Origin: an uncultured bacterium
Lineage (GTDB): Bacteria > Hydrothermota > UBA3072 > B12-G15
DNA length: 64,000 nucleotides
Direction: 5' to 3'
Assembly: GCA_964596115.1 (NCBI GenBank)
Contig: CAZQRW010000003.1
Span: 5,883 to 69,882, forward strand
Positions 47,970 to 58,997 of the stretch are shown here, in pieces; the stretch's first letter is position 1; each line of letters starts with the position of its first letter. Both the position numbers and the translations under genes were made by a program. Under the pieces are notes generated by a model. That model had not been told where the DNA came from and ran no database searches. It was given only the letters and a program-made list of their open reading frames with translations.

Positions 47970-48720
47970 GTATCTGAAAAGAACTATTAAAGAAATATTG
48001 AATTTTGAACCGGAGAATTATAAGGTTAGGCCATTTATAAGGAGGATAAGGTCAAGGATGAGAAGTGTAGGTATAATGGAATATTCTAAATATGCTGATT
48101 TCTTAAAAAATCATCCAGAGGAAGTAATTAAACTCAAAGAGACATTGACCATTAATGTTTCGAAATTTTTCAGGAATCCATCTGTATTTTCCATTATAGA
48201 GAATGAGATTTTTAAAAGACTTTCTTCTCCTATCACAATATGGAGTGCCGGTTGCGCAACAGGTGAGGAACCTTATACTCTTTCAATGATCTTGTTAGAA
48301 TCTGGAAAGACAGGTAAGATCATAGCTACAGATGTTGATGCATCAGCAATAAAAAAAGCACAGGATGGTGTATATGAAAAGACATCCCTCTCGGAAATGT
48401 CTCCCTATATCATTTCTCGGCATTTTAGTAAAGAAAATGGTAAGTATAGAGTAAATGATAATGTCAAAAAACTTGTTGAATTTAGAATTCTTGATCTGAA
48501 GGAGCTTGAAGAATTTAAAATGATTTTTGATGTCATTGTCTGCAGAAATGTATTAATATATCTTTCAAAGGAGTTCCAAGGGGAGCTCATTAAGGGTTTT
48601 GCTAATCATTTAAAGGAGAGAGGATTTCTTATTCTCGGTATGGTGGAGGGAATGTTCGGTATTGGCGAGGATTTCTTCGTTCCATATAATTTAAGGGAGA
48701 GAATCTACGTAAAAAAATGA
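47953..48720 (+). CDS. cheR: chemotaxis protein methyltransferase CheR
   Basis: 255 aa with an N-terminal helical domain and a SAM-binding domain (IWSAGCATGEEPYTLSMIL, VIATDVD). Confidence 0.9.
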   Translation: MDWAFEYLKRTIKEILNFEPENYKVRPFIRRIRSRMRSVGIMEYSKYADFLKNHPEEVIKLKETLTINVSKFFRNPSVFSIIENEIFKRLSSPITIWSAGCATGEEPYTLSMILLESGKTGKIIATDVDASAIKKAQDGVYEKTSLSEMSPYIISRHFSKENGKYRVNDNVKKLVEFRILDLKELEEFKMIFDVIVCRNVLIYLSKEFQGELIKGFANHLKERGFLILGMVEGMFGIGEDFFVPYNLRERIYVKK

Positions 48721-49193
48721 AAAAGTTATTTGTAAAGGTAGGAGATATGAAGGCTGCCAAAGATTCATCCCTGTTAATTACACTTGGGCTTGGCTCATGC
48801 GTTGCAGTAACAATTTATGAACCAGAAAAAAAGATTGGGGCGTTACTCCATTTTCTTTTGCCAGAGGGAGATAGAAACGGAAGTTCACCATTTAAATACG
48901 GAGATAAAGGCATAGAAATGATGGTTAAAGCTTTGGAAAATTTAGGTGCACAGAGGAACAAAATGGTCGCTAAACTATTCGGGGGGGCATTAATGTTTGC
49001 CCAATTGATAAGAACACCGGAGAATTCTATAGGGGTGAGAAATTTAAAGAAGGCAAGGGAAGTTCTTAATAGATTAAATATACCAATTGTTGGCGAGGAT
49101 ACAAACGGTGATTACGGAAGAAGTATTGAGTTTAACCTGAAAGACGGATCAGTTCGTGTTTCCTCGTATAAAGCTGGGGTTAAAGTTATATGA
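48717..49193 (+). CDS. cheD: chemoreceptor glutamine deamidase CheD
   Basis: 158 aa with the conserved GLGSCVAV and catalytic Cys/His region. Confidence 0.85.
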   Translation: MKKLFVKVGDMKAAKDSSLLITLGLGSCVAVTIYEPEKKIGALLHFLLPEGDRNGSSPFKYGDKGIEMMVKALENLGAQRNKMVAKLFGGALMFAQLIRTPENSIGVRNLKKAREVLNRLNIPIVGEDTNGDYGRSIEFNLKDGSVRVSSYKAGVKVI

Positions 49194-50209
49194 TAAGGGT
49201 GCTCGTAGTAGACGATTCGCTATTTATAAGAAGTCTATTAACAGACATACTTGAATCGGAAAAAGATATTGATGTAATCGATACAGCTAAGGATGGGATT
49301 GAGGCAATTTCAAAGACCCTAAACTTTAGGCCAGATGTTATAACAATGGATGTAGAAATGCCTCGTTTAAATGGTATTAAGACCGTTGAAAAAATAATGA
49401 AGGAAAGACCCACGCCAATTATTATGATAAGTGCATACACCAAGAGAAATGCGGAGATAACCCTGGAAGCACTTTCAAAAGGTGCTATTGATTTTATAAC
49501 CAAACCTGGTGGACCTGTAAGTTCGGATATAGGGAAATTGAAGAACGATATAATTACAAAGGTTAAAATAGCCTATAGGGCAAATATTACTTCATTAAAT
49601 ATAAAACCTACCAGGGATGTAGTACCTGGTTCAGAGAAAAGAACATTTAAAATTGTAGTAATTGCTTCTTCCACTGGTGGCCCAAAGGCACTCTCTCACA
49701 TAATCCCAAGATTACCAAAAGATTTTGCAGGTTCCATTCTCGTTATTCAGCATATGCCAATGGGCTTTACAGGACCACTTGCTGAAAGGCTTGACAGGGT
49801 TTCAAATGTTAAGGTTCTTGAGGGGAAAAATGGAACAAATGTCAGACCTGGAACAGTGTACATTGCTCCCGCAGGTTTTCATATGAAGGTTGATTCGAAA
49901 TTAACTATCTTTTTGACAAAGGATCCTCCTCTGCATGGAGTAAGACCATCTGCAGATGTAACTATGATGGATGTTGCCAGACTTATGCAAAAGAATTCAA
50001 TTGGCGTAATTCTGACAGGAATGGGTAGAGATGGTAGTATGGGTGTTAAGCAGATTAAAAAAATGGGTGGTAAAGTAATCGTTCAGGATAAAGAGACTTC
50101 TACTGTTTATGGAATGCCGAAATCTGCACTTTCCACTATTACTCCTGATATCATTTCCCCTCTTGATAATATTGCAGAGGAAGTGATCAGGTTTATTGAA
50201 AATGATTGA
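49190..50209 (+). CDS. cheB: chemotaxis response-regulator protein-glutamate methylesterase CheB
   Basis: 339 aa. REC domain (VLVVDDS..., DVITMDVEMP) plus a C-terminal methylesterase (SSTGGP, HMPMGFTG). Confidence 0.9.
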   Translation: MIRVLVVDDSLFIRSLLTDILESEKDIDVIDTAKDGIEAISKTLNFRPDVITMDVEMPRLNGIKTVEKIMKERPTPIIMISAYTKRNAEITLEALSKGAIDFITKPGGPVSSDIGKLKNDIITKVKIAYRANITSLNIKPTRDVVPGSEKRTFKIVVIASSTGGPKALSHIIPRLPKDFAGSILVIQHMPMGFTGPLAERLDRVSNVKVLEGKNGTNVRPGTVYIAPAGFHMKVDSKLTIFLTKDPPLHGVRPSADVTMMDVARLMQKNSIGVILTGMGRDGSMGVKQIKKMGGKVIVQDKETSTVYGMPKSALSTITPDIISPLDNIAEEVIRFIEND

Positions 50210-50966
50210 AGAAATAGAAAACAGGATAAAAGAAATTGAAGATAAAATAAGAAAAAAGAAGGATTTTACTATTGAACTTAAATTACTTAAAAAAGAATTT
50301 TTAAAATACAAGGCTTATATATTTTCTGTCGAAAATAGAATACAGGATATCGAGGCAAAACTAGCCCCTGCCAGGATGATGGGAAAGTTGAGGTCTGCTG
50401 ATGTTGATATTCAAACTCTTCTGGATAGTGCCTGGAATAATATAGTAAATGGTAATTATAAGGAAGCCGTTAAAGTGTTAAAAAAAGCACGAGCCCTTTC
50501 TCCAAATAATGAAAAAGTTCATTTATATCTGGGTTGGGCATTTACTTTACTTGGGAAGTATAATGAGGCAATGGCTGCCTATCAAAATGTGCTAAAAAAA
50601 GATCCCTTTAATCAACTTGCTTTGACAAATATAGGATTTATTAATTACAAATTAGGAATATATGGAGAGGCAATCGAAAGATTATCAAAAATAATAAAGG
50701 AAAATAAAGATAGACTGGCTGTATTGTATGCAAATTTTTATCTTGGCATAATATATTATGAAAGAGAAATGTATTTTGATGCCATTGAATTTTTTAATAA
50801 GGCAATAAAGGCTGGACCAAATCTTTTTGAAGCATACTATTATCTTGGAAAGGCATATATGAAGTCAGGAAATAAGAAATTAGGTGATGAGGTCTGGGAT
50901 AAGTTGCTGTCTTTAAAGACAACGAATATATGGTCTCAGAAGATCGAGGAGGAAAGAAATGGTTGA
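50196..50966 (+). CDS. TPR-repeat protein
   Basis: 256 aa with an N-terminal coiled coil, then TPR repeats (AWNNIVNGNYKEAVKVLKKARALSPNN...). Confidence 0.7.
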   Translation: MKMIEEIENRIKEIEDKIRKKKDFTIELKLLKKEFLKYKAYIFSVENRIQDIEAKLAPARMMGKLRSADVDIQTLLDSAWNNIVNGNYKEAVKVLKKARALSPNNEKVHLYLGWAFTLLGKYNEAMAAYQNVLKKDPFNQLALTNIGFINYKLGIYGEAIERLSKIIKENKDRLAVLYANFYLGIIYYEREMYFDAIEFFNKAIKAGPNLFEAYYYLGKAYMKSGNKKLGDEVWDKLLSLKTTNIWSQKIEEERNG

Positions 50967-51771
50967 AGAATATTGGGGTTTTAAGCTTAAGCCCTTTCTG
51001 AATACGCCTGATACTCAATTTTTATTCAGAAGCGAGTGTTTTAATGAAGGGTATGCCAGAATTTTATACAATATTAAAGAAATCAGGGGAGGACTGACAT
51101 TGATTACCGGAGAAATTGGCAGTGGTAAAACATACCTTGCCTATGCTTTGAAAGAAGATCTTGGCAAAGAAGGGGAACCAGTGGTTCTTCTAACAAACCC
51201 CACTTTTTCTCCTACTGGCTTTTTGAAAACTATAATTGAACAATTTGGCATTGGAGAAAACGAAAAGATCTCGAGATACAGGGTGAAACTTTTAAAGAAG
51301 ATAGAGAATATTCTTAATGAAATCAAGAGAGAGGGTAAAAATGCAGTTATTATGATTGATGAAGCCCAGGTGTTGAGGAAAGCCTTATTAGAGGAGATAA
51401 GATTACTGCTTAACTTTGAAGATAAAGATGGTAAACTTTTGCAAATCGTAATGCTAGGGCAGCCCGAAATGGCAAAAAAAATCAAAAAAATGCCTCAGGT
51501 TAAACAAAGAATAAATGTTAGGTACCATATTGGACCTCTCAGTAAGGAGGAAACTATAGAATATATTTCTCATAGATTAAATGTTGCAGGTGGTGAGATA
51601 AATATATTTAAAAAAGAAGCAATTGATAGAATATTTAAATATTCTAAAGGAATACCCAGGGTTATAAACAATATTGCACAAAATGCATTATTTGTTGGTA
51701 TGAGTATGGAGGCTAAAAATATAAATGGAGAAATAATAGATGCAGTAGCAGTAGATTTGAGGATATTATAG
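50959..51771 (+). CDS. ExeA/GspA/MshM-family AAA+ ATPase
   Basis: 270 aa. PFLNTPDTQFLFRSECFNEGYARILYNIKE, Walker A GEIGSGKT, Walker B VIMIDEAQ, and LGQPEM...RYHIGPL...Y, as in ExeA-type secretion/pilus assembly ATPases. Confidence 0.75.
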   Translation: MVEEYWGFKLKPFLNTPDTQFLFRSECFNEGYARILYNIKEIRGGLTLITGEIGSGKTYLAYALKEDLGKEGEPVVLLTNPTFSPTGFLKTIIEQFGIGENEKISRYRVKLLKKIENILNEIKREGKNAVIMIDEAQVLRKALLEEIRLLLNFEDKDGKLLQIVMLGQPEMAKKIKKMPQVKQRINVRYHIGPLSKEETIEYISHRLNVAGGEINIFKKEAIDRIFKYSKGIPRVINNIAQNALFVGMSMEAKNINGEIIDAVAVDLRIL

Positions 51772-51772
51772 A

Positions 51773-52465
51773 ATGAAAAAGAGAAAAAAGATTTCCTTCC
51801 AAAAAATGCTTGAATTAAAGGAAAAATCAGAAAAGAAGATAAATAAATCAATAAAGAGTAAAACGGTTAAGGCAGAGGCTGCAAATATCAAGGAAGAACC
51901 AAAGCAACCAGCAAAGCTATCAGTACAGAAACAGCACAAAAAAATAGAAAAGGAGCAGAAAATAGTTGAGGATACAGGTTTACCGTTATTAGAACCAAAT
52001 CAGATAGATAAAGGTAAAGCCATTGTGTTAGATGAAATTTTGGTAGTAAAGATAAAAAACGAATTTTATGGACTTCCGGTTGAGTATGTCACTGAAATAT
52101 CAGAGCTTAAGGCCGTCCCAACACCTGATATGCCTGATTTCATCGCAGGTATAGTTGAAGTAAGAGAGAAGGTTATTCCAGTTATTGATCTTGCGGCAAG
52201 ATTTGGTCTTGGGAAAATAGAAGGTAAAGTTTTACCTGTAGTTATAATTAATGTAGGAGATGAATCAATCGGTTTTCAAATCGAGAAGATCATTGAAATA
52301 GAAAAAATGAAAGACAGGGTAATAATGGCTTTACCAGATAACTTTAAGGAGAGATATCTTTTAGGAGCAATTGAATATAAAGGCAGGGTTTTAGCGATTA
52401 TTGACCCCGGTTCCCTTCTAAGAGAAAGTGAATATAAGGGATTAAAGAAGATTAGAAATGAATAG
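51773..52465 (+). CDS. cheW: CheW-like coupling protein with Lys-rich N-terminal extension
   Basis: The C-terminal ~140 aa form a CheW domain ([44 protein letters not shown]). The N-terminal ~70 aa are K/E-rich and low-complexity. Confidence 0.8.
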   Translation: MKKRKKISFQKMLELKEKSEKKINKSIKSKTVKAEAANIKEEPKQPAKLSVQKQHKKIEKEQKIVEDTGLPLLEPNQIDKGKAIVLDEILVVKIKNEFYGLPVEYVTEISELKAVPTPDMPDFIAGIVEVREKVIPVIDLAARFGLGKIEGKVLPVVIINVGDESIGFQIEKIIEIEKMKDRVIMALPDNFKERYLLGAIEYKGRVLAIIDPGSLLRESEYKGLKKIRNE

Positions 52466-54140
52466 CATATCAAAAAAATATGCACTTTATACAGTTTTAC
52501 CAGGAATTGTAGGCACTATTCCTGTTGAGATTGTGGGTATAAGGTTTTATGCAGGTTTACCAGCAGAAAGACTACTTCCCCTATGCCTTTTAGTTTTTAT
52601 CATTGCATCATCCTTATCCGTTATTTATTATTTTTTTCACTATTACAGGATGGAAAGGATTATTTCGGAAGATAATGCGAATGGATTGTTCCAGAGTCCA
52701 ATCATTTCTGGAATTCATACATTGATAAATTTTGCTATTTTGGCCCCAATAATTTTTGTTATATATAATCACTTTAATGAACTTATTAGCAATACACAAA
52801 TTGGTAAGGTGTTTTTGGTCAATATTTTTGCAGGTTTGATTGTATCGGGGATTGTATACCCCCTTGGGGAATTGATAATAATGCCATATCTATACAAATA
52901 TGAACGAAAATTTAAAGGGATATCTTTATTTGTAAAATTATGCATTGTTCTATTAATTGGGTTAATCTTTTCGTGGTTTACTGGTGTACTATTTATCCGA
53001 TATAATCCATCGATATTTCTAATTTTATTGCCCATTTTTCTGACGCTTCTAACAATATTCAGAGTTCTTAAACCAATGAGGCTTTTTAATGAAGGCTTAG
53101 ACCAATTTATCTCTGATAAACCCAATCTAAGGTTGAAGATGAAAGTAAAGACAGGCGATGAATTCGAAGATCTGTCTGAGAAGGTAAATAAGTTTGTAGA
53201 AATAGTATCAGAGATTGTTAGTAGAATTAAAGAAATCTCAGAAAAAATGATGAAATCTTCAGAATCAATTTCTACCTTATGTAAGAAATTAGCATCTTCT
53301 ATCAAGGAAATTATCAGCAGTATTAATAAACTCAACAATGAAAATATTAATTCTCACCAATATGTAAAGCATGTTAACGTAGAAGCTAGAAACGTCACTT
53401 CAATGGCAGAGAATATTGAATCTCAAATGAAAATGCTAACAAAAGTTACACAGGATTCAGATAAAAGAGCAGTTGAAGGAGAAAAAAAGGCAGAAGAGGT
53501 TCTTTCGAGGATAAAAGAGAATATCAACTCTATAAAGTCAACAGAGGAGAGAATGAAGGACCTTATTGCAACTGTTCAAGAGGTTAACAGTTTTGCAGAT
53601 ATTTTATCAGAAGTGACAGAGGATACAGATCTCCTTTCATTGAATGCTTCAGTAGAAGCTGCCCGTGCTGGGGAATACGGTAAAGGATTTGCAATAATTG
53701 CAGAAGAAATAAGAGGGCTCTCTAACCAATCAAAGGAATATCTTGATAGAGTTGTTTCAGTCTTAGATAGAGTAACCACTGCTTTTGAAAACTTCAGGAA
53801 TACACTTTCAGAAGGTATTAGCAAGATTTCAGGAAGTGTGGAATCAATGGATAATATTAAGGGTGCATTAAGTGAGATATCAGAAAATGTTACACTTGGT
53901 ACCAATATGACAAATCAGGTATCTGATACTATCAAAGAGGAAATAAATAGTATATCAAAGTTGTATAGTGTAATAAGCAATGTTTCTGAGACCTTTGGGG
54001 CAACTACTTCTGCTATAGAGGGAATTTCTTCTTCTTTAGAAGAACAAATGGCATCGATGGAGGAACTTAAAGGTATGACGGAAAACATGCTAAAAGTTTC
54101 CCAAGAGATGAAATTATCTATTGAGAGGTTCGAGGTTTGA
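52458..54140 (+). CDS. methyl-accepting chemotaxis protein
   Basis: 560 aa with multiple N-terminal TM helices, a HAMP-like region, and a C-terminal MCP signalling domain with the highly conserved [30 protein letters not shown]. Confidence 0.85.
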   Translation: MNSISKKYALYTVLPGIVGTIPVEIVGIRFYAGLPAERLLPLCLLVFIIASSLSVIYYFFHYYRMERIISEDNANGLFQSPIISGIHTLINFAILAPIIFVIYNHFNELISNTQIGKVFLVNIFAGLIVSGIVYPLGELIIMPYLYKYERKFKGISLFVKLCIVLLIGLIFSWFTGVLFIRYNPSIFLILLPIFLTLLTIFRVLKPMRLFNEGLDQFISDKPNLRLKMKVKTGDEFEDLSEKVNKFVEIVSEIVSRIKEISEKMMKSSESISTLCKKLASSIKEIISSINKLNNENINSHQYVKHVNVEARNVTSMAENIESQMKMLTKVTQDSDKRAVEGEKKAEEVLSRIKENINSIKSTEERMKDLIATVQEVNSFADILSEVTEDTDLLSLNASVEAARAGEYGKGFAIIAEEIRGLSNQSKEYLDRVVSVLDRVTTAFENFRNTLSEGISKISGSVESMDNIKGALSEISENVTLGTNMTNQVSDTIKEEINSISKLYSVISNVSETFGATTSAIEGISSSLEEQMASMEELKGMTENMLKVSQEMKLSIERFEV

Positions 54141-54565
54141 AATATTTGATTTTTAATTTAGGTGAGAATACATTTGGAATTTCCATAGATAAAGTTAAAG
54201 AGCTTGTAAAATTTAAAAGGTTGCGTAGGTTGTCGCAAATGCCTAAGTGGCTTTCGGGAATAGTTTCTTATAGAAAAGAGAATTATGGATATGTAAGATT
54301 GTGGGAGATTCTTAAGACCCCCTCCCCTGAAAAGGAAATAATTCTTTTTTTAACAGGGGTTGATCTGGTAAGCTTTGGTATTGGTAATTTGGCAGGGATC
54401 AAAGACATTTCAGTAAAGGGGGTATCACACTCTTTTTTAAGGCTAAAGTATATAGAAGGGATTGGTAATTTAAATGGTAATATTGTATTAATTATTTCTC
54501 CTGTAAATCTTATTGGATCAAGGAAAATAAATACGATTAAACAGTTACTTAAGGGGAGAAAATGA
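54137..54565 (+). CDS. cheW: CheW-like coupling protein
   Basis: 142 aa single CheW domain ([20 protein letters not shown]...). Confidence 0.75.
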   Translation: MKYLIFNLGENTFGISIDKVKELVKFKRLRRLSQMPKWLSGIVSYRKENYGYVRLWEILKTPSPEKEIILFLTGVDLVSFGIGNLAGIKDISVKGVSHSFLRLKYIEGIGNLNGNIVLIISPVNLIGSRKINTIKQLLKGRK

Positions 54566-55770
54566 GGAAGAAAGCATCTGTTATTGCAATCGGAAATGAA
54601 ATTTTAATGGGGGAAATAACAGATACAAACTCTACTTTTATTTCAAGAAAATTGTTTGAAAAAGGTATATTGACAGTCGTCAGATTGCAGATACCAGATA
54701 AAAGAGAAGATATTGAGCAGGCCTTGAGATTCTGTATGGAAAAAAGTAATATTATTATTACCACAGGTGGTTTGGGCCCAACGAATGATGATATCACAAA
54801 GAAGACAATTGCCAATTTTCTTGGCAGAGATCTTGTACTTGTGGATGATTTAAAAAATTGGGTAGAGGGTTTTTTTCAACGCAGAGGAATTCCAATGTCA
54901 GATGTGAATCTATCTCAGGCAGAGATTATAGAAGGTTCAAGATATATAATGAATCCTATTGGCACTGCTCCCGCCATTATCATAAATGTAGGCAAGAAAA
55001 AGATTGCAATGTTTCCAGGTGTACCATCAGAGTTATATGTAATGTTTGATAAATTTCTTGAAGGAATAGAGGGGAGTATACCAGTTACTACATTGCTCAG
55101 GACAACTGGAATAGCAGAATCGGACATATATAACGAGGTGAAAAAGGATGCACCCCAAAAGATACAAAAGATTATATATTATTATCCTACCTGGAGAGGA
55201 GTTGATTTAAGAATAGTGAGTTATGATATTGATTTACAAAAAGATGCAGTTAATTTTTTAAAGCATAAATTCGGCAACTATATTTATTCGTTAGAAGAAA
55301 AAGAGATTGAAGAAATTGTTGGCATTATGTTGAGGAATAAAGGCATTTCAATTTCTGTTGCTGAATCCTGCACGGGTGGTCTGGTTGCAGATTATATAAC
55401 TGACGTTCCTGGCAGCTCGGATTATTTTATTGGAGGAGTGGTTACATACTCAAATAAATCCAAGATAAACATCCTTGGTGTAAGGCAAAATGATATCGAC
55501 AGATTTGGTGCCGTAAGTGAAATAGTCGCAAGGGAGATGGCTGAAGGTGTTAAAAGTTTATTTAATGCTGATATTGGGGTTTCAACAACGGGTATTGCGG
55601 GCCCTACGGGTGAGAGACCGGGGAAGCCATTGGGACTTGTTTATATGGCAGTATCTTACAAAAATGAGACCATTGTTAAAAAACAAATTTTTCTTTCGCC
55701 ACGAAAAAGGGTAAAGGTAGCAGCCGCAACCTTCCTCCTTAATATGGTCAGGGAGGTAATAAAGGGATGA
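54562..55770 (+). CDS. cinA: CinA-family competence/damage-inducible protein (MoCF-like N-domain plus PncC deamidase C-domain)
   Basis: 402 aa. VIAIGNEILMGEITDTN, TTGGLGPTNDD, and the C-terminal AESCTGGL. Confidence 0.9.
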   Translation: MRKKASVIAIGNEILMGEITDTNSTFISRKLFEKGILTVVRLQIPDKREDIEQALRFCMEKSNIIITTGGLGPTNDDITKKTIANFLGRDLVLVDDLKNWVEGFFQRRGIPMSDVNLSQAEIIEGSRYIMNPIGTAPAIIINVGKKKIAMFPGVPSELYVMFDKFLEGIEGSIPVTTLLRTTGIAESDIYNEVKKDAPQKIQKIIYYYPTWRGVDLRIVSYDIDLQKDAVNFLKHKFGNYIYSLEEKEIEEIVGIMLRNKGISISVAESCTGGLVADYITDVPGSSDYFIGGVVTYSNKSKINILGVRQNDIDRFGAVSEIVAREMAEGVKSLFNADIGVSTTGIAGPTGERPGKPLGLVYMAVSYKNETIVKKQIFLSPRKRVKVAAATFLLNMVREVIKG

Positions 55771-56294
55771 GATTATTTTTTGGTATTGATATACCTTTAG
55801 ATGCAAAAGAGGCAATTTTTCAACTAACACATTTATTCTCAGCAAACTCAGTAAGGGTAAAATGGGTAAGAAAGGAAAACCTACATATTACCCTTCGATT
55901 TTTGGGAGATAACGATCCCCACAAAGTGTTAGAAATTATAGGGAATTCTTGCCCTGAAGAACCTTTTTATATAAGTCTAAAATCTATTGGAGCATTTCCT
56001 AATCGTTTAAAGCCGAGAATTTTATGGGTTGGCGTTGAGACAGGTGAAGAAAAGGTAAGATCTATCTATAAATGGCTTGATGAAAGATTAAATTCTCTTA
56101 AGCTGAAAAAGGAGAATAATTTTCTTCCTCATATTACCTTTGGGAGAGTAAAGCAGGGGAGGCTTAAAATCCCTCCTTTGGATTTTGAGTATCCTGAGTT
56201 TAAGATTGATAGGTTTTACCTGTTTAGTTCGGTTTTAAAAATAGGGGGACCGGAATACAGTAAAATTAGCGAAATTAAACTGGGAGGGAGATGA
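55767..56294 (+). CDS. thpR: RNA 2',3'-cyclic phosphodiesterase (2H family)
   Basis: 175 aa with two HxT/Sx motifs (HITLRFLG and HITFGR). Confidence 0.85.
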   Translation: MRLFFGIDIPLDAKEAIFQLTHLFSANSVRVKWVRKENLHITLRFLGDNDPHKVLEIIGNSCPEEPFYISLKSIGAFPNRLKPRILWVGVETGEEKVRSIYKWLDERLNSLKLKKENNFLPHITFGRVKQGRLKIPPLDFEYPEFKIDRFYLFSSVLKIGGPEYSKISEIKLGGR

Positions 56295-57271
56295 TGAGTT
56301 TTGGTCAATATCTTGGTATAGAATACGTTTTAACTATGTTTATTATGCTTGTTTATGCGGCATCATTAAAAAAATCGGGTTTATTTGATATTTTCTTTCA
56401 AGAAGTTTTTAAGAGGACAGGACCTAAGACTGGGTTTTTAATCGTTTTGACAATTATATATTTTTTCTCCCCTCTTTTTTTAATACCTGTTTTAATAGGT
56501 AGCATACAGGATATTAGTATGAGGTATAAAAATAAGAATATAGCTCTTTCTATCTTATTGTCTGCCTTAACATTTGGTAGTGTCATTTTGCCTTTCGGTA
56601 ATCCCAGAAATTTTTATTATATTATTTATTATAAGAGCGTTAATGGGACTCCGCTCTTTTTTTCAGAGTTTTTAAGAATTATGTTCCCTATTTGGATTAT
56701 GATGTACTTTGTAATTTTATTTACCGCAATCATTGTTTTAAAACCAGAGCTTAATGGTGAAATTAGTTTAAGAAGCAAAAAGTTTAGATACAAAGAAATA
56801 ATTTTTGTAAGTTTTCTTCTTATATTTATTATTGCATATGCGATGGGGAAGATGAATTTTCTTGGATTCTTTTTTGTGACTGGATTTTTCATTTTTACAT
56901 TTGTTGGGAAGGATACATTAAAGAAGGTTGAATGGTGGATGTTAATTCCTATCTCACTATCGATACCATTAGGAATACTTATTTTTACACATCCAGTGAA
57001 AATGACAGGTATTTTTACATATCTTGTCACATTTTTCTCTTCAGGGATAATCACTTCTGATGTTTCTACTTTTATTTTTCCATATCCCCTTGCGAAACCA
57101 ATTAATTTCCTGTATGGTATATCGGCAGGTGCTACGTTTGGTATATTAGGTTCTAGTTTAAGTATTTATTTATGGAAGAAGGGACGGGTGAAGCCCGATA
57201 TGAGGACTTTATTTATTATTTCAGCACTGGCTTTTTTGGTGGGCTTAATTATAATTATTATATGGAGGTGA
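56291..57271 (+). CDS. polytopic membrane protein of unknown function
   Basis: 326 aa with about 9-10 predicted TM helices. No diagnostic motif recognised. Confidence 0.5.
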   Translation: MMSFGQYLGIEYVLTMFIMLVYAASLKKSGLFDIFFQEVFKRTGPKTGFLIVLTIIYFFSPLFLIPVLIGSIQDISMRYKNKNIALSILLSALTFGSVILPFGNPRNFYYIIYYKSVNGTPLFFSEFLRIMFPIWIMMYFVILFTAIIVLKPELNGEISLRSKKFRYKEIIFVSFLLIFIIAYAMGKMNFLGFFFVTGFFIFTFVGKDTLKKVEWWMLIPISLSIPLGILIFTHPVKMTGIFTYLVTFFSSGIITSDVSTFIFPYPLAKPINFLYGISAGATFGILGSSLSIYLWKKGRVKPDMRTLFIISALAFLVGLIIIIIWR

Positions 57272-57275
57272 AAGT

Positions 57276-58298
57276 ATGGAAGAAAAGAAAAAAAAGGCAA
57301 TAGAAGAAGCAATGAAGCAAATTGAGAGACAGTTTGGCAAGGGAGCTGTAATGGTCCTGGGTGGGAAGGAGATTGTTCAGGTTGATGTTATTCCTACCGG
57401 TTCTATCTCACTTGATTATGCACTGGGTGTTGGGGGGGTGCCACGGGGTAGGGTGGTGGAGATATTTGGTCAGGAGGCCTCAGGTAAAACTACCCTTGCC
57501 CTTCATATCATAGCCCAGGCACAGAGGTTGGGTGGTGCTGCGGCATTTATAGATGCTGAGCATGCACTTGATCCAGCTTATGCAAAAGTCCTTGGGGTTG
57601 ATGTAGACGATTTATTAATTTCACAACCAGATACAGGGGAGCAGGCGTTGGAAATCGCGGAAATGCTCACGAGAAGTGCTGCTGTCGACCTAATTGTTGT
57701 TGACTCAGTTGCTGCCCTTGTTCCAAAGGCTGAAATCGAGGGTGAAATGGGGGATTCTCATATAGGGCTTCAAGCAAGATTGATGTCACAGGCACTTAGG
57801 AAATTAACAGGTGTTTTGAGTAAATCTTCCACCTGTGCAATTTTTGTAAACCAGGTAAGGTATAAGATAGGTGTAATGTTTGGTAATCCCTTGACGACAC
57901 CTGGGGGGCTTGCATTGAAATTTCATACTTCAGTAAGATTGGAAATTAAACATATAGGTTCTTTGAAAGAAGGTGATAATAGTGTTGGAATAAGGGTACA
58001 GGTTAAGGTTGTAAAAAATAAACTCGCCCCTCCTTTTAAAACTGCCCAGTTTGATATAATATATGGTGAGGGAATCTCAAGGGAAGGGGAACTTCTCGAC
58101 CTTGGCGTACAGAATGGCGTGGTTATAAAATCAGGTGCCTGGTATACATATAGAGAGGAAAAGCTTGGTCAGGGAAAAGAAAATGCTCGAAGGTTTTTGA
58201 AGGAAAACAAAGACATTGCTGAAAAAATAGAGGGTGAAATAAAGGAGAAGTTAGGTATTGGAGGAGAAAAGGCTAAGACTGAACAGGATAAAGAATAA
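57276..58298 (+). CDS. recA: recombinase RecA
   Basis: 340 aa. Walker [23 protein letters not shown], and L2 loop [22 protein letters not shown]. Confidence 0.95.
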   Translation: MEEKKKKAIEEAMKQIERQFGKGAVMVLGGKEIVQVDVIPTGSISLDYALGVGGVPRGRVVEIFGQEASGKTTLALHIIAQAQRLGGAAAFIDAEHALDPAYAKVLGVDVDDLLISQPDTGEQALEIAEMLTRSAAVDLIVVDSVAALVPKAEIEGEMGDSHIGLQARLMSQALRKLTGVLSKSSTCAIFVNQVRYKIGVMFGNPLTTPGGLALKFHTSVRLEIKHIGSLKEGDNSVGIRVQVKVVKNKLAPPFKTAQFDIIYGEGISREGELLDLGVQNGVVIKSGAWYTYREEKLGQGKENARRFLKENKDIAEKIEGEIKEKLGIGGEKAKTEQDKE

Positions 58299-58845
58299 AT
58301 ACCAGGTTTTTTATGAAGATAAATTAATCGGTGAATTCCCTGTAAGACTCATAAATAAGATAGGTATAAAAGATGAAAAAATTGATGAGGAAAGATTTCT
58401 TCAAATTTTAAGTGATTATTTTATTCCTTACACCAAGGAAAGGGTATTAAGACTTATTACTTATAGGCAGAGAAGTAAGGAAGAAATAAGAAGATACCTT
58501 AACAGGCATAAATTCTCAAAAGATATAGCAGATGCCATAATAAAAGATTTTACACGGGCAGGATTGATAGATGACGTTTCTTTTGCCGAATTTTTTGCCC
58601 TTTCAAGATTTCGAATGAAACCTGTAGGTAAATTTTATATAGAACAAGAACTAAAAAAGAAGGGCATTTCATCTGATATTATTCACCGTATACTTTCCAA
58701 TTACGATGAGGAAGAAGCCCTTAAGAATGCATATGAAAGGGCAAAAAAAATATATCCCGATAACAAAGAAAAGAAGATCCAGTTTCTTATGAGAAGGGGT
58801 TTTGATATTTCAATGATTTTTGAAATTATTAATGAAAAAATGTAA
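58258..58845 (+). CDS. recX: recombination regulator RecX
   Basis: 195 aa helical-repeat protein directly after recA. The real start may lie downstream of 58258. Confidence 0.75.
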   Translation: MEEKRLRLNRIKNKYQVFYEDKLIGEFPVRLINKIGIKDEKIDEERFLQILSDYFIPYTKERVLRLITYRQRSKEEIRRYLNRHKFSKDIADAIIKDFTRAGLIDDVSFAEFFALSRFRMKPVGKFYIEQELKKKGISSDIIHRILSNYDEEEALKNAYERAKKIYPDNKEKKIQFLMRRGFDISMIFEIINEKM

Positions 58846-58963
58846 TTCGTGAATTGTGAGAATAGACAATAACTACGATATTATCCTCTCAGAGAGATAC
58901 AGGGATTGAATTTATATTGCCATTAATCAGAGTGAAAAATAGAATATAGGATAAAAAGGATTA

Positions 58964-58984
58964 CCCGGGGGCATCGCCCCCGGG
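58964..58984 (-). terminator. rho-independent terminator of the minus-strand OMP operon
   Basis: 9-bp GC stem CCCGGGGGC/GCCCCCGGG with a 3-nt loop. On the minus strand it is followed by TAATCCTTTTTATCC, and it lies 14 nt after the OMP stop codon. Confidence 0.6.
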
Positions 58985-58997
58985 TAAAAAGGATTGA

